Positions 62,915 to 64,000 of a DNA stretch of 64,000 nt are shown here, piece by piece. The translations under genes were made by a program, and so were the position numbers. This stretch comes from Mobula hypostoma. Lineage: Eukaryota. Where the stretch lies: the NCBI RefSeq assembly GCF_963921235.1, contig NC_086097.1, forward strand, positions 189,846,001-189,910,000, given 5' to 3'. How positions within the stretch are numbered: position 1 is the stretch's first letter; the number at the start of each line of letters is the position of its first letter. The notes under the pieces were generated by a model. That model was not told where the DNA came from and made no database searches. It saw nothing but the letters and a program-made list of their open reading frames with translations.

Positions 62915-64000
62915 TGTTCAGTGACCTCTTCGTGACCTTTGTCGATCTAACCAAGGCTTTCGATACGGTCAGCAGAGGAGGCTTGTGGAAGATCATGGAG
63001 AAGTTTGGCTGCCCCAGCAAGTTCATCACAATCGTCCATCAGTTCCACGACGGTATGATGGTGAAAGTTCTGGATGACGACGACGAGTCGGAGGCCTTCC
63101 CAGTGACAAATGGCGTCAAACAGTTCTTGCCCCGACTCTGTTCAGTATGGTATTCTCTGCCGTGCTGACAGATGCCTTCCGTAACTACGAAGAAGGAATC
63201 CACGTCAGGTACAGGACTGATGGCAGGTTGTTCAACCTTAGGCGCCTGCAGGCAGTTCCAAAGGTGCGAGAGACTGTCATCAGAGACTTCTTGTTTGCTG
63301 ATGACTGCGCACTCAACGCCAGCACAGAGCAGGAGATGCAGCGTGAAATGGACTGCTTCTCACAAGCCTGCGACAACTTCGGACTCACTATCAGCACCAA
63401 AAAGACTGAAGTTATGTACCAGCCTGCCCCAGGAAAGCCATACCAGGAGCTGCGCATCACGGTGAAGGGCCAGAACCTCCAGGCAGTCGACAACTTCACC
63501 TACCTGGGCAGCATACTCTCTCGCGCAGTGAGCATAGACGCTGAGGTCAACAACAGGATTGCCAAAGCCAGCGCCGCCTTTGGGAGACTCTGTGAGAACG
63601 TCTGGGAGCGGAGAGGACTCAGCCTTACCATCAAGCTGAAGGTCTACTGTGCAGTGGTCCTTACCACCCTCCTTTATGCCAGCGAGACCTGGACCGTCTA
63701 CAGCAGACACGCCAAACAGCTCAACCATTTTCACCTGAGCTGTCTCCGCAGACTCCTCCGCATCAGGTGGCAGGACAAAGTCCCCGACACGGAAATCCTG
63801 GAACGAGCTGGGCTTTGCAGCGTCTACACCCTCCTGCTGAAAGCCCAAGCCAGGTGGGCTGGACATGTTGTCAGAATGCCAGACAGCCGATTGCCTAAGC
63901 AGCTGCTGTACGGAGAACTGTGTCAGGGCAAGCTCTCAGTCGGGGGGCAGAAGAAACGTTACAAAGACTGCCTGAAAGCGTCCCTCAAAGGCCTGGGTGT
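62915..64000 (+). mobile_element. RTE-clade LINE RT region, 5'-truncated, runs off the window
   Basis: FVDLTKAFDTVSR.GLWKIMEKFGCP, NGVKQ, LFADDCAL (~63291-63314), FTYLGS, RLPKQLLYGEL. Confidence 0.92.

Overview
This is eukaryotic, repeat-saturated vertebrate DNA with no recognisable host gene. The repeat set (CR1, Rex1/Babar-type, RTE, Penelope-like, Gypsy, Tc1, V-/CORE-/Deu-type SINEs) suggests a cartilaginous fish; that is inference from repeat families. Highlights: (1) a young Penelope-like element (PLE) at 25568-28911 with a stop-free RT + GIY-YIG frame, a ~650 bp inverted arm, a 13-bp TSD and a minimal type I hammerhead ribozyme (HHR) motif in each arm. Non-coding HHR-bearing derivatives occur across the window, two with their own TSDs. 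(2) A sushi/chromovirus-type Gypsy element at ~44911-50512 with an 11-nt self-priming PBS complementary to its own LTR, whose LTRs also contain a tRNA-Glu-like sequence with Pol III A/B boxes. (3) A Mag-type Gypsy with a 141-bp LTR, a tRNA-Leu PBS and a deleted integrase. (4) Multi-level nested insertions and unexplained inverted repeats. All calls were made by eye; family assignments rest on recalled motifs and many boundaries are approximate.
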